A stretch of DNA of 64,000 nt from Chrysomallon squamiferum (lineage: Eukaryota > Animalia > Mollusca). Numbering within the stretch: the first letter of the stretch is position 1; the number at the start of each line of letters is the position of its first letter. Shown here piece by piece: positions 1 through 14,383 of this stretch. The position numbers and the translations under genes were made by a program. Below the pieces are notes generated by a model. That model made no database searches, was not told the DNA's origin, and was given only the letters and a program-made list of their open reading frames with translations. The stretch spans positions 6,820,001 through 6,884,000 of the forward strand of contig CM022673.1 of NCBI GenBank assembly GCA_012295275.1, written 5' to 3'.

Positions 1-2005
1 CTGCTATTGTTAGAAAATGTCAACAGGAAACAAGGAAAAAAAAAAAAGATTGAAACTGAACCTGACAAATAGAGATATACAATCTTGTTATTATTTATTA
101 TATATACATAAAAAGAAAAGTCTAATTTTAATTTCTAGATGGCTAACACATATACACACACTGGTATAAATACAACTAGGAACGTGTTTGATAGTTTGTA
201 AAATAAATTAAATAAGTTAAAAAAATAAATTAAATAAAAAACCGAAAATCTCACCAGCTCCTCTGTAATTACTAGTTTTACCAATCTTACTGAATGTGAC
301 CAAAGGTCAAGGTTAGCTGGATGCTGGCTCTCTTTAAGTTTGTAAAAAAAAAAAACAGGAACATCAGTTTTGTCCATTATCTAGTATACAATGAATGTTT
401 AATCAGGCAACACAGTGCAGAGAAAACACAGGCTGTTGAGTGTCAACAAGAAGGCAAAATAATGAAAGAAAGAAGAAACATTTTGTTTTACAATGCACCA
501 AACACATTTTAATCTGTGATTGTATGGCCTTTAATTTACACAAGTGGGAAAACTAAAAAGACATTAAGAGATGTCAAGTGACTGTGCCACAAAATAGATT
601 TTTTTAAAAATAAAAATAACTAACATGCACCCTCTCATAGACAGCAAAGAACATACAACTTTTTTTTTTTTTTTTTTTTTTAAATGTAGGAAGCAATGAA
701 GGAGATTCTTTCCTCTAACTGAAATCAATATAAATATAATAATTCAGTCAGGAATATGACAGCTGAAAATTAAAAAAATTAAATAAATAATAAAACTGTG
801 TATTTGTAACATGTACATCACATAAATAACATTTTTTATCTCTTTTTCAACATTTATAATGCTTGTTGTGTCTGTGTAACTTCAGTAAACTGTTATATTA
901 TCAGTTCAGTACTCATGTTTTTATTACATGGCCCTGAAGACATGGCCCATTAAAATACCAGCATTCCAGTCTATTAGTCAGTTAAATCTAACTGAGGAAC
1001 AACACTGATTAAGTAACAAACTAGTTACTTAATGAGGCTTATTACCATTGTAATAATGATTTGAATTTTAAAGTTTTTAATGTATGGTGACAAGAAAATC
1101 AATGATTAATATTAATTAGAAGAACAAAAAATGTTTATCACTTATGTTTAATAAATCGTTGAACAACAAAGTCGTAAGTAACTTCTGAAACTGCATAATT
1201 AATTATGAAAACAGATAACACTTGCCAGTTACATTTTATCTAGTTCATGTGAATCATAGATGACACATAACACAGTCAAATTAAAACTTTAGTACACTGA
1301 CATTATTTTGTTACATTTATTGAGTGTGGGGATCCTTTATTGTTTATATTAACAAATGTCTTCTATATACATGAATGGTGGGTGAAAAAATGATGAAAAC
1401 TAGGTACTAAACTTCAATAAATTTTGCAGACTCTGATTCTGAAAGATAATATAACCTGTAATTTCTAACATTAACATTTTCTTATGACAAATAAATGTTA
1501 CCATTAGTTACAGGATATTTATTTATCAGACTAAATTCACTAATACAGCTTCAGTTTCCTTTAAATCATAATTTGGAAACATGTCACATCAGGCCATGAG
1601 CACCTGCGAATTACATTTAAATCATTCTAAAACTGTTCAAATAAGACTAATTTCAAAGGTACACAATACATTCAGCCTTGTTACTTTGAAGCCAATAAAA
1701 ATGGAAACATATAAATATATATATTTTTTTAAACGCTGCATTTAAAAAAAAAATAAAAATTATCAGATGATATATGTATGGCTAAGGATCGTACTGATAA
1801 TCATTTAACTCTTCCCCTACATGTAAATCTGAACAAAATGTAGTGTGCCGACTGTCCTTCACCCTCGGTGGTTCATGACGTCCACAAAAATCATGTCACA
1901 CTGTATCGTCAACCGGTAAAAATCGTCGAAGAAAAAAATCAAGAACATTTACAATGTACGTGGTTATACGTCTGTCCCGCTATCTGAGAAACGTGCACAA
2001 CTCAC

Positions 2006-2071
2006 CGTTCCGAAAATGTTGGATAATTCTTGCTTTTGCTCGTCCGTCAACTCTACCGAGACATCCGCCAT
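2006..2071 (-). CDS. First coding exon (22 codons, MADVSVELTDEQKQELSNIFGT) of a minus-strand gene continuing off the left edge; probably an EF-hand protein (plastin/fimbrin- or calmodulin/centrin-like N-terminal helix)
   Basis: Minus strand reads gacaagATGGCG (strong start context), is open for 66 nt and ends at ACG|GTGAGT (phase-0 consensus donor), inside a CpG island. ELTDEQKQELSNIF resembles the helix entering the first EF-hand (centrin ELTEEQKQEIREAF, calmodulin LTEEQIAEFKEAF). The family assignment is inference because exon 2 is not in the window. Confidence 0.75.
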
Positions 2072-2175
2072 CTTGTCAAAAACAAGCTAGACAGGGTGGG
2101 ACATGTCACGTGACTCTCCTTTCCAGGCCAGGAAGACGGAAAGACGCCTTTTCTGGTTGGCTACGAGTCATATCT
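2065..2175 (-). promoter_or_regulatory. Housekeeping-type promoter of the left gene
   Basis: YY1 motif CAAGATGGCGG overlapping the ATG (2065-2075), palindromic E-box GTCACGTGAC (2105-2114), ETS-like GGAA cores around 2130-2142, and local CpG enrichment. Confidence 0.6.
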
Positions 2176-2508
2176 ACTCGCTGTCCTTTTATGGCTGTAT
2201 TTACTATAACATAGATGATAAGAAGAGGTATTTCACGGATAACGGAACTGACGAGCAGATGATTAATCATTAAAATGATATCATTCAGACGACTTAATGC
2301 TGAAGGTATTCAACAAAGCTGATGGAAATGACAGGAAAAAAAATAGTAGACAGATGAATCATTTTACGTTAGTAAAGTAATATAGACAAATTATTTCAGT
2401 AACATAGTTTAAAACAATTCTGCAATATAATTATAACCTTAAGAAATTTTATATTGAAAATGATCATATACCAAGAAAGAAATGAACAAACATGAAGCGA
2501 ATTAAAAA

Positions 2509-2559
<51 letters not shown>

Positions 2560-3214
2560 TTAATAAACATTTTTTTTTTTTTTTTTTTTAAATAAATATT
2601 TACAACCATTGCATTTTAAACAAATTATTAAAATATAGATTTAAATCAGAATAAAATAAATTCATTTTAGATTTAACTTCTATACATCCGCATTTATCGT
2701 ATTTTCCGTAGTGACATTTCTGCCTTTGGCTTTACTAATCAGTTAACTGTTACTGATGTCCGCACGATGTTACGTCACAGTGCCTGTGCATAATGGACTA
2801 TGACCCGCAGTAAGAGCTTGTGACGTGATCGGTTACCAGTAGATACGTGTGATAAACTTCTACACATAAAACATTTGTAATTATTATAATTTTAGTCCAT
2901 TACATTATATAAAGAGAGAAAAAGAAAAAGAAATAGAAATAATAATAATAATCAAAAAAAAAAAAAAAAAAAAGAATGAAATAATAACGATAAAAAAAAC
3001 TATCTGTTCAGTTTAATAGTTTTTTTGTTTTTTTTTAAATTTATTTTTTAAATTTCTTCAACGCGAGAGAGGTGGTTGTGCCATTTATTTTATTTCCAAA
3101 AACTCGGTAAGGCATAAGAGATTTGACCGCGCACATGTATACCAGGACTGCTACAGCCAAATACTCGGTAACTTTCAAAATGTCTTGATAGTATCATTAT
3201 TAGTCTATCAGGGA

Positions 3215-3267
3215 CTCTCAACGCCGCCTTATAACCGTAAATAAAACGTGATGAGAGCGTCGTTAAG

Positions 3268-3301
<34 letters not shown>
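3215..3301 (+). mobile_element. SINE 3' tail with poly(A)
   Basis: TATAACCGTAAATAAAACGTGATGAGAGCGTCGTTAAG followed by an A-run. Similar decayed tails lie at 6478-6520 (+) and, reverse-complemented, at about 46598-46635 and 48969-49020. Matches my recollection of mollusc Nin-type SINE tails; not database-checked. Confidence 0.55.
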
Positions 3302-3302
<1 letters not shown>

Positions 3303-3419
3303 CCCTTTCCTTTCATCTTTCAGATGTTCTTGTGAAACTTGCCCATGATGAAAGAAATGTTTTACCTAACGTTTCACTGACACATTTCTAATTTACAGTT
3401 ATATGGTGTCATTCGCATG

Positions 3420-3586
3420 GTTAAGTAAGTACCTCAGAAAAACACAGAGGAGCATAAACAACGTCCTTCGAAAAAATCAGAGACGGGGCTGTGTGCTTTG
3501 AATAGGCTGAACGAAACGCTGGTAAGGGATTCGATCCCGCGATTCTTCGCGCTCCAGTTTTGTTATCTGACCACTGAGAAACAGTC
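3420..3586 (-). mobile_element. tRNA-derived SINE 5' part (Pol III A/B-box head plus start of Nin-like core)
   Basis: Minus strand has an A-box-like TTTCTCAGTGGTCAGA and a B-box-like GGGATCGAATCCC at tRNA-like spacing, followed by GAAGGACGTTGTTTATGCTCCTCTGTGT, which resembles the core of the copy at 6040-6150. No intact cloverleaf is apparent. Confidence 0.6.
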
Positions 3587-3845
3587 AGCAGCTCAAGCTG
3601 TTGTTGATTATAACATCGTTATTAAATTAGCTAGGTTCTGGGATCGTGTCTTGGCAGAGGGGGGCGTTTTCGGAGTTAGTTGTGGAAACTGTACAGACCC
3701 TCTGCTTCTTTCTCTGACTACACTTTTGGCTTAACGATACTGCATTAAGCAAACAATAAAACTCTTGAAGTGTGGGGCAAATACAGACAGTCTTAAAACG
3801 TCCAACAACTTCAGATAGTAGACTGATCGATTTTGAATATATAGA

Positions 3846-3901
<56 letters not shown>

Positions 3902-4040
3902 ATAAAATGAAATAAAATAAAATAAATAACACTAAATAAAGTAGAAGAAGAAAAAGGTGTTTTCTCTTTTGTTTATTTTCTGGCAAAGGGATCAGTATAT
4001 TCTCCATTTTTCTAACTGTATTAGTAGAGACGGTGAATAT

Positions 4041-4113
<73 letters not shown>

Positions 4114-4695
4114 CAACAACAACAACAAACAAACAAACAATATGGATAACATTTATTGATAAACATTATTTTATAAAAAAATTTATCTGCTGAAACTGGG
4201 AACATTTGTAAGGCTGAAATCCGTGCATTTATCATAATTATAATTCCGGTAGAAACTGGATTTGTTTTTATTATTACTTCCCTATCTCAGAGACACGTAG
4301 TTTAATAATAATAATTACGTGACTCATTGCATAATGCAAGATTATATAATTATGTGGTCTTTTTTTTTTTTTGTCATCGTCATTATCATCACCGTCGTCA
4401 ACACCGTTATCGTATCAACATCCTCATTTATTATCATCGTTATAATCTTCATTAACGACAGCAAGATCAAAGTTCTCTTTGTTTATTTCTCGATGTTGCC
4501 AATCTCTGTGGTCAGCGTTTACAATATTAAGATATATTGTACAGTTATTATGTAAAACATCCTCTGTTTTCCGTGATAGTGTTGTGGTACATATTAATAA
4601 TGTGCTATCCTTTAATATATCCATTAATAATAATAGTAGTAATAGTTGTAGTAGTAACAGTAGTAGTAGTAGTTGTAGCAGTAGTAGCAACAGCA

Positions 4696-4732
<37 letters not shown>

Positions 4733-5042
4733 TGATGATGATGATGATGATAGTTTATTATTTATTATTAAAGTTATTAAGGTTGTTATAATTAGAACTG
4801 AAAGACATAACGGTAACACGTAAGTTCATGTTGTGTCCTTGACTGAGAGTGCGCACAGGAAGCAGTCCGCGAAGCTGATCTCATCCTCACAGATGAATCA
4901 CTTGAAGAGTCTAAGATAAAATTAAACACGAAACGGATGTTTCTCGATAACAGAATTCACATGTATATAGTCTGCATTCATTTATCCGGACGGATGAGTC
5001 ATACATTAAAAAATGTAACATATTGCTGTTACAGTTTCATTT

Positions 5043-5110
<68 letters not shown>

Positions 5111-5462
5111 GATACAGTAACAGCATAAGCAATAAACAAGCGTTCGAAGGATGAAATAAAACATTTCAGTGAGTTCAATAATCAGCTGCGTAATCCACAC
5201 TGTAAAGAGAGACAGGACTTTCTGCATTAACAATTCATTCACAATAATGGGTGTATGGACCAATCAGATTAACGCTTTCAAGTCTGCAAAGTGAACTTCC
5301 ATTAAAATGATTAAGTTGCGATAGAAAACAATGACTGCAGATATGTCTGGACTCTACGGAGAGTATGATCCATTGGATATTAATAACCGAGGGAGGAAAA
5401 AAGTAGTTGTAATATGTGACCAGGAAAATACAAAACAAATACTCTGGTAGCATAGCGTTAAT

Positions 5463-5574
<112 letters not shown>

Positions 5575-6039
5575 CGCTCGCTACCTCGTTAGCGTTTCAA
5601 TCACAAGAAAACAGATGTTAAGAATAACTCTGTTCTGAATGGTATTCTTGGCTATTATTATTCTATGTTTGCTGGACACGGGAAAATAGGTTAAGCCCTT
5701 CTTTGATAGAATGGCTCCAGACAGTAAAGTGATAGTCAGGTTACAGAAAAAAGTACTCGACTGTCTAGTAAAGAATTTTAATTCTTATCTAACATGAACC
5801 TGTTTCTGCATTTGTATAAGCTTTTCTAGAGCATTTTAGACTTAAAATACATATTTATAAATGTATAATATTACTGAGCTAATTCTGTATACGTAGCTAT
5901 TGTAAATTTCTGTAAATTTAGTTACGGACGTTAAGTATGTATGTGATACCTTACACATTCAGTAAGATAAATTATAATGCAGTAATGGTGGACACTGTAA
6001 AACTATAATAGCAGTTTAGCTGTTTATCTTTCAGTTAAT

Positions 6040-6525
6040 TACAACACAAGTATCGTATCTCTGACAATCCTGTGTTTGGGAAGGTGCACCTAAAAATAAA
6101 TTTCCGCTAAGCAGTAAAAGATGATGCTAAGCTTAGTGGGCCACGTGGCAAATTTCATTTTTCATTTTTTTATTTTTATTATTTAAATATATATATTTTT
6201 ATCATTATTAAATACAAGATAGAATAAAACAGACGTTTGCTTCACGCAATGCAATGTAATCAGTTATTTTATATATGGACCTAACATTTCTCTCTATCTA
6301 TTTCTGTCTGTCTGTCTGTCTCATTCTCTGTGTCTCTCGCTAGCTTTCTCACTATCTCTTTCTTACTATTTCTCTCTTTATCTTTCACTCTATCTCTTAC
6401 TCTCTCTCTCTCTCGTTGTCTTTCTCTGTCCCCTTTCCCTATTCCCCCCCTTTATCCCCAAATCTCTCTGTCGTCTTTATAATTTAAATACGTGTTGAGA
6501 TTACGTTACAGAAATTTACACTCAT
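6040..6525 (+). mobile_element. Decayed Nin-like SINE (core 6040-6150, tail about 6470-6525) split by AT- and CT-rich sequence
   Basis: Core ATCCTGTGTTTGGGAAGGTGCACCTAAAA...GGGCCACGTGGC is similar to the reverse complement of 46660-46790 and 49040-49190. Tail AAATACGTGTTGAGATTACGTTA resembles 3240-3266. Confidence 0.5.
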
Positions 6526-6946
6526 TCGTTCGCCCGCTGAAGTGTGTTAAGGTATTGGTATTAATGAACCATATTTTTACTTATTTTGAATAGCATTATC
6601 CTCAACGCCCTCCACCACACCAGAACGAACTGTCAAATCTGACAGTCGTTGTGACAGTTGGTGATCTACGTGGGTGCGTGCTTGTAAGGTCGCAGCCCTC
6701 CTACAGATAAGTGTTGTGTTTTATGGTGCAGACAGGAGGGGCGGGACCGAAGCATTTAAAGAGGGATGTAGAGTGTAACTCAAAACTGTTTAGCCTGCTA
6801 GAAGAACATATTTTTAATTTTTATAACGGTGATGATGATGATGATGATGATAATAACAGTGATTATGATTATGATTATGATAATGATGATTTTTATTATT
6901 AGTGTAATAATTTTTGATCTTATTAATATTGTAGCTGTTGTTTTTG

Positions 6947-6994
<48 letters not shown>

Positions 6995-7262
6995 TTACTA
7001 CTACTACTTCTACTACTACTACTACTATTACTAACAACTTCTCCTCCTCCTACTACTACTACTACTACTATTACTAACAACTTCTCCTACTACTACTACT
7101 ACTACTACTTCTACTTCTACTACTACTACTACTATTACTACTACTACTTGTCCTACTACTACTACTACTACTACTATTACTAACAACTTCTCCTACTACT
7201 ACTACTACTACTACTACTACTATTACTAAAACTATTACTACCACTGCTACTGTTACTACTAT
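6947..7262. repeat. Compound (TAC)n microsatellite with recurring higher-order unit TATTACTAACAACTTCTCC
   Basis: Directly visible; the unit recurs at about 7027, 7069 and 7175. Confidence 0.9.
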
Positions 7263-7917
7263 ATTCTGCGTCCGAGCACAGTTCGGATTCAAAAGATGTT
7301 TAAACTGTCAGTTATCTTCTTACAAATAATCCTTACTTATTTGAATTCGTTAAAAAGAAGAACGAAAACACATAGCTACTAAACCAACAACGTCTACAAG
7401 GAAAACATCAAGAACAACGACAGCAAAAGTACTCGAAACTATTCATCAATAACAACACAGTATTATTTCCGTATGCTTCCATCAAGTACCCGTACAAGCA
7501 CGCTTGTTATGGGAATATCTTCGACCTTGATAGAAAAGTGCTGTTGTTGACGACGGAACATACATACATTTATACAACAATAACATTTATATTTATTAGC
7601 TTTGTAAAATCGTTGATTACATTTTCTGGATACTTTCAGCCAAGCGTTTTGTTTCACGATATAAACTTTTTTGTTCCTTTTTTTTTTTTTTTTTTTTTTT
7701 TTTAACTTCCCCAGAACTTGTCAGAGTTATTGACATCAGTCAGGTATTTTGTGTATAAATCATACACGGGGCTGACACAAACCTGTCTGACGACATTTCG
7801 TGATCAGGTTCACAGATTAATATTAAAAAAAAAAAAAAAAAAAAATGTAAGAGCAGGTATAACAATTAGAAAAATTGTCGTTAGATTGTAATGTAGAAAA
7901 CGTTCATTCCTGTGCAG

Positions 7918-7933
7918 AATAATAATAATAATC

Positions 7934-7998
<65 letters not shown>

Positions 7999-8186
7999 AA
8001 TAATGTCAATAATGATGATGATAATGATAATAATAATGATGATGATGACGACAATAATGATATTAATACTAATACTAATACTGATATTAATAATACTAAT
8101 ATTACTAAAAACAACAATAATAACAACAACAACAACAACAACAACAATAACAATAACAATAACAATAATAATAATAATAATAATAA

Positions 8187-8217
<31 letters not shown>

Positions 8218-8266
8218 AAGAAGAAGAAGAAGAAGAAGACGAAGACGAAGAAGTAGAAGTAGAAGA
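7918..8266. repeat. Compound trinucleotide array (AAT)n/(GAT)n/(AAC)n/(AAG)n
   Basis: Directly visible; source of several spurious homopolymer ORFs. Confidence 0.95.
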
Positions 8267-9040
8267 AACTGAAAAGGATGTTTGTAACTACACAAGCAAA
8301 CAAAGCCATTACATTCATATTGTTTGTAAGGAAAAGGATTCATGAGATGAACAATTATACGCGTAGTTAGACAGATACCTGATTACCAAACACGTTATCA
8401 CAAGCGTTTGTATGTACACGTATATGTGTATGTGTGAATGGGCGTGTGTGTGTGTATGTGTTTTTGTGTTTTTGCGTGCATGTGTATGTATGTATGTATG
8501 TGTGTGTGTGTGTGCATGTGTGGATGTGTATATATATATTTATTTATATGTGTGTGTGTGTGTGTGTGCATGTGTATGTATATATATCTATTTATATATG
8601 TATGTGTGTGTGTGTGTGTGTTGTATGTGTGTTTATGTGTCTGTATGTGTTTGTGTAGGTGTGTGTTATCTATTCAATTTACACTGAACATTCATTCTGA
8701 CCTACTCTCGAACTAGACACAACTTGCGAATCTCTTAAAATGTTAAGTTGCTAAGACCGAGTGAACTGCCGTGTCCACACTCCACTGCCTGCTTTGATCT
8801 GAGAGAATGCCTAGCCTACAACTTATCCGAAAGTGTGTTGAGAGTCGCCAGGTAATTTGCTGTAATGATGCCTGAAGCGGCTTTTCCACTGAACGACTTG
8901 TAGTAAAAACTTGCAATATTTACAAAGACTAAAATGTTCGTCAAAATTTTGTAGTGTAACAGTTTGTCATCGAGTGAATTACAGTTTATTTATTTTTATG
9001 TGTGGGTGGGTATGTGTGTGTGTGTGTTTTATGTATGTAT

Positions 9041-9080
<40 letters not shown>

Positions 9081-10651
9081 CATGTGTGTGAGTGGAGAGA
9101 GAGAGAAAGAGAAAGAGAGAGAAAGAAAGAGAGAAAGAAAGAGAGAGAAAGACAGATAAAGAAAGTGAGATAAAGAAGCAAAAAACAAGTTTATTAAATA
9201 GATAGACAGAACGAAATACATACAGACCTACAGACAGACAGATAGATATAAAATAAATACATTCAAAGATCTTAGACTACTCGAACCCTCAGTGTGATGT
9301 AAGGACGTTTTAGAAACACTGCAGGCAATTTATAACCGAAAACCATTGTTGTAGCGGTACAGTTCAATCGTATATAAAAAGTCGGTGTCATAAGTTGCAC
9401 TGTGTGAACGTCTCTTTACCGAGAGTGACTCAGTAGGTTTCCAGATTATAAGATGTTTTATTGTTGTCGTTGTCAAATACAAAGGAATCTGCTTTTAAGA
9501 GTAGGCGAACAAAATGAGGGCGGAATTGAAGTGTTGGGATCATCGGAAAAAAAATTAATAAAAAGTATTTTTTGTTAATGTTTAATAAATTTTACTCTGT
9601 AAATACACACATACGTTCTACATACATACATACATACATTATATTATGCTACGTTATACCATACTGAACATTTATATTATATTATATTATATTATATTAT
9701 AGATGTTAGGATATGTCAGTTATAGTATCTTATATTATTCTCAACAGATAGGTGAAGCTGATGGGTTAATGGACTACTGGACAAACACAAACATTTAAAG
9801 TCATAAAAGGATGCGAGGCTATATCGTTCAGCTCAAAGATAAAAAAAAAAAAAAAAGGAAGATTGAAAGAAAGGGTAGTAGATAAAGAAATATACAGGAA
9901 AAAGAAGATAAACTCTCTTTCTTACACACACACACACGCACTGACACATATATATATATATATTATTAAGATGATGTATAAAAATATCCTTTTTAAGATT
10001 TATTTTTTAAAATTTATTCTTTTTTTTAAAAAATATCCTTAAAAAAAAAGAAAATATTTTTTCTTTTCTTTTTTTTTTTTTGCACAACATCTTAATAAAA
10101 TATAAGATTATTTTATTATGAAGTATCTTCAACATACACCTGGAGAAATGAATCAGTACCAAACAGTAATTTCAGTACTGATAAAGAAAAGTCATAAAAC
10201 ATTTGCAAAAAGAATCATTACGTGTTAATTTCAGCTTCTGTTCTTTTTGACATTCACAGAATTTCTATTTCTTCTGAATTTGCGTAACAAATCTCTTTTC
10301 CTAAAAGCCCATTTCACAGTTTATAATATGCACTTATAGTTTCTTTTTAACATTTTAATAAGTATACCCGTGTTAAGATTTGTTTAGGATAAATCCTTAA
10401 TGTTGCATTACATTGCAGAGATATATCAGATTTTATTTCAAATGGCTGCTCGTTACACTCCATTATGCACAATTTTGTGATATTTAACGTAAGATTACAG
10501 TGCATTACGACTCAGGAGTTACGCTCGTTTTGAGCGATTTCACAGCATAAATCTGGTGGAATTCGAGCTTATAGATGACCCCATGCATCCATCCGTGAAG
10601 ACATTTAGCCTGATTAAGCTTGTCGATACCTTCTTCTTCAGTGCTGTTTAC

Positions 10652-10778
10652 CTTCAATGAGGAAACGCGCTCGCGTTCATCTGTCGGTTCCATGTTTCCT
10701 CTCCCCGTGTGTAGTTAACGTGTTAACATGACCACGGCACTTTAAGCTGTGCTGATGATCGGCAAGCGAAGAGCTCAG
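10652..10778 (-). CDS. Candidate alternative first coding exon of the left gene (ATG 10693; MEPTDERERVSSLK, phase 0)
   Basis: Pyrimidine-rich acceptor TTTTTGTGCTCTCGCGTTTCTACACCCCCTAG ends at 10779. Start context is gaaacATGG and the donor is AAG|GTAAAC after 10652, the same phase as exon 2006-2071. It sits in a CpG island. Other downstream GT sites are possible. Confidence 0.35.
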
Positions 10779-11432
10779 CTAGGGGGTGTAGAAACGCGAG
10801 AGCACAAAAACCTACTCGAGAAACCTGTTTTGTGCTGATGATAATAGCAGTATTATTATTATTATTATTATTATTCTAACTTTATGTTTGTATGACAAAG
10901 GTGACTGAACTTACTACAAGTACAAATGCAGAGTTTACACTGAAATGAACTGAACTGAAAGACATGATCACAAGTGACAGCAGACAAAAGTGAGTTTGTA
11001 CGCATATCTCTATCGTTTTGCATTTACACACACACCTTCACGGCTTCAGAGATAACGAATTAACGTCTGACCTTATGTAATATACACAGTATGAAACAGA
11101 AATGGAAGAAACTAAATTTTATGGATGTGTACGAGAACAATTAGTAATGTTACCAATACCTATCGTTTTATAATAAAAATGTCTAGGACTTAAATATAAT
11201 TTTTTTTTATTATCTTTTCCTCTGCCCCCTCTTTTATACACATACAGGCAGGCAGATATATGTATTTTAAGTATATATGCTTGTATATATTTCCCTGTCT
11301 GTATGTACATAATTAAATACTTATCATTCTTTTTGTTCGAAATATATAATTTAAAAAAAGCTAATTATTTAAATTGTTAATGAGTCATTCAGTGCAATAA
11401 AATAAAATGCAGTGAAATGAAATAATAATGAT

Positions 11433-11475
<43 letters not shown>

Positions 11476-12036
11476 AAAGAAGAAAAATGACCACCACGAT
11501 CTTAAATACTAAATTTTATAATAATGACAACTTCAAGGTTATGATGAATTTATTATATCAAGAATGCATGAGCATATACTTTAAATTTAGCCCACCTGAA
11601 GCGCACCTCAACCAAACAATAAAACACACCTATATGAAATACCTGTACTTTACTTCCCTATTCAGTACATATATTAATTTATTACTGCATCTGTAATAAT
11701 GCACAAAAGAAAATTCCCTTCTGACAGCATGTGACAGATATTCCATGACCTAATACGCTCCAGACTGAAAAACATTTCAACCCACATAGATATTAATAGG
11801 AGAGAAAAAAAATAAAAAATAATAATAACACACCCAAACCACTGACAATAAATATAATTTTAGTTGTAAATGCTCATGTTCGAGTTTGCGTAATGGGTGC
11901 ATGTATGAATAGGAGTATGTTACTTTTAAAATGTTTAAATTGTATTGTTGGCAGTCAGGCTTTGCTGATAATAAATTATTGAAGTAATATGATTAAGCCC
12001 ACAAAAAGGCTTAATTAAACAGCCAAACATTAAATC

Positions 12037-12099
<63 letters not shown>

Positions 12100-14383
12100 T
12101 AGAGACATAATCTAAAGATGTACAAATAAAATGCATGATGTCTGCCATTTGTTATGTTGTTTCGTGGTGTGGACTTGTTCCTAAGTCACACTGTCACTGC
12201 TTACATATGATGCTTGTAGAAAAATAAAACAGATAGTCCTATAACGTTTTAGTCACATTTAAATCTATGCCAAATACATTTAATTTTTTGTTGCTGTTGT
12301 TACTGTTATTCTTCTTCATCTTCTTTTTCTTCTTCTTCTTCTTCTTAGTTAATATTTCTATGTAAAACATGCAAACGACAAAGAAAACAACAGAGATCTT
12401 GCTTGTTTGTTTTAAAATATAACCAGACTTTATTTTTAGCATATATTATTGGTCTGTGATAAAAAAAAAAAAAAAAAAATATATATATATAAAATAATCA
12501 CTTTGTACACATCATAGGTACACATGTTACGGACTCCTAGCAACAGCTACAACGTCTGTGTCACCATTTGCATCATCTTGTCAACACCCTTGTCTCAAAA
12601 TGGCTGACAAAAGCTTCGTTCTGGAAGTTTCAGTCGAGAAACAGTTGTTTGTATGTTATAAAAGTCAAGATATAAACAGCTACGAATAAACTTAATAGAA
12701 TTTCCCAAACTACGTTTTCACAACTGAGTAATTTTAACTACTTTATTATCAAAACACAGATTTAAATGAAAAAAAAACAATTATCATATTTTTCTGTTAC
12801 CAAGAGATAGGGATTTTGCAAGCCCTGATCGTGAAAGAAAATTAAATCGTAATTACTGTCAGAGATTAGACTAACTAACTAACTAACTAACTATTTAACT
12901 GAGTAACATACTAACCAACATCTCAATTACTTAACAAAACTAAACAACTTGATAACTTATTAACTATATAACTAAATAATTAACTGCTTAAATATTTAAT
13001 TAAGTAAATAATTAAATGAACGAAAACAACACATTCTCGGAACCCTTTACAACACTTGCTATGGGTGCTACTACTACTACTACTACTTCTGCATCAACGA
13101 CAACAACAACAGCAATAATATCCATTACATTTTCAACAACAATAATATTAAGAAAACTACAAGCAACAACAACACCAACAACAGCAGCTACTACTACTAC
13201 TACTACTAACAATTATTACTACTGACTAATTACTGAAATTATAATAAATAATTTACAATGCAAAGTTGGAGCAGTTATTTTTGGCATTTGTAATCTGTTT
13301 GTTAAACTTGGGGCAAGCTGACCTGGCTAGAGTTGCGTTTAGTATATAACGTCTAGAGCCTTTTTTTAAAATAATTATTTTTATATATCTATGTATATTT
13401 GTGTTTAAACGGTGGTTGTGTTCACATTAGTAATTCATAAAGACTATATGAACACGCCTAATGTTTACTCACTGAACAAGCAAACATCTGTTCCTGGTTG
13501 AAACCTCATTACAAAAAAAGCACAAACGTTTCTTTCTCTCTCTTTCTCTCTCTCTTATGTCGTAGTAATCGTGAAACTTCCGTCCTGGAAGCATTTGTTG
13601 GATACGATTTTAAAACGCGACTGTAACAGTTTTGAGAAATTATTAAGCTGAAAGTCTCTTGATGTTTGCCAACACAAAAAAAAAAAAAAAAAAACACACA
13701 AAAAACCAGCCCCTCTCGAAACATTGTTACTACGTGACGAATTGAGATTTCTTACTTCGCCTAAGATGTCCGATTTTAAATTTTTTTTACTGTTTGCTTA
13801 AAATAACCGACGTGCAAGAAGGAAAGATTACTGAGTGAATTTGTTTTAGAATAAGAAATGTGGGAAATGTGTAATATTATGTCTGTGAGTAGATGCGCGC
13901 GTGGGTGTTTGTATTTGCATGTGTGACTGTGCAGATGTCTATGTAGGAATGTGTATGTGTTTGTTTGTGTGCATGCATGTGTGTCTGTGTGTCTGTGGAC
14001 GTTCATGTGTGTATGTATGTTTGTTATGTGTGAGTGTGTGTATGAATACGTATGTGTCTTTTAAAATGATTGTTTTACTGATAACTCAGCCGCTGTAGAC
14101 CATTTATACAAACTGTCTTTTCTAAATTTATTGAAGATTAGATTTTTTTTCTTCTGATTTTTAACAGAAATGGAAATTTAGGTTAATGTTTAAGGAGTTA
14201 TCTTTCTTAGGTTATAACTCAAGCACGTGTGTATGCGCATTATGTATTATGTACACATAATGTAGGTATGAATTTATATTATGTAGTTTATTTATATGTA
14301 AACTTAAGCATGTGTATGTGACAGTGTATGTATGTGAACGTGTTTGGGAATGTATGTGTGATTGCGGATCTGTATATATTTTT

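Noticed and set aside
255-335. Minus-strand segment with donor CTG|GTGAGA as exon 2 of the left gene
   Set aside because: The first AG after the T tract gives a stop in phase 0, and the open alternative (SQHPANLDLW...) has no EF-hand loop.
3519-3586. Functional tRNA gene
   Set aside because: A and B boxes are present but acceptor and anticodon stems do not pair convincingly, and it runs into SINE core sequence.
10956-10980. miR-71-like TGAAAGACATG
   Set aside because: Only the first 11 nt match and no hairpin partner is visible. Partial resemblances to bantam (about 39935) and miR-7 (about 40811) lack the seed.
12599-12650. Plus-strand exon-like MADKSFVLEVSVEKQLF|GTATGT with a half X-box upstream
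   Set aside because: The donor is weak (TTT|GTATGT), no compatible downstream exon was found, and the flanks resemble the 42300 region, suggesting a repeat fragment. Not fully excluded.
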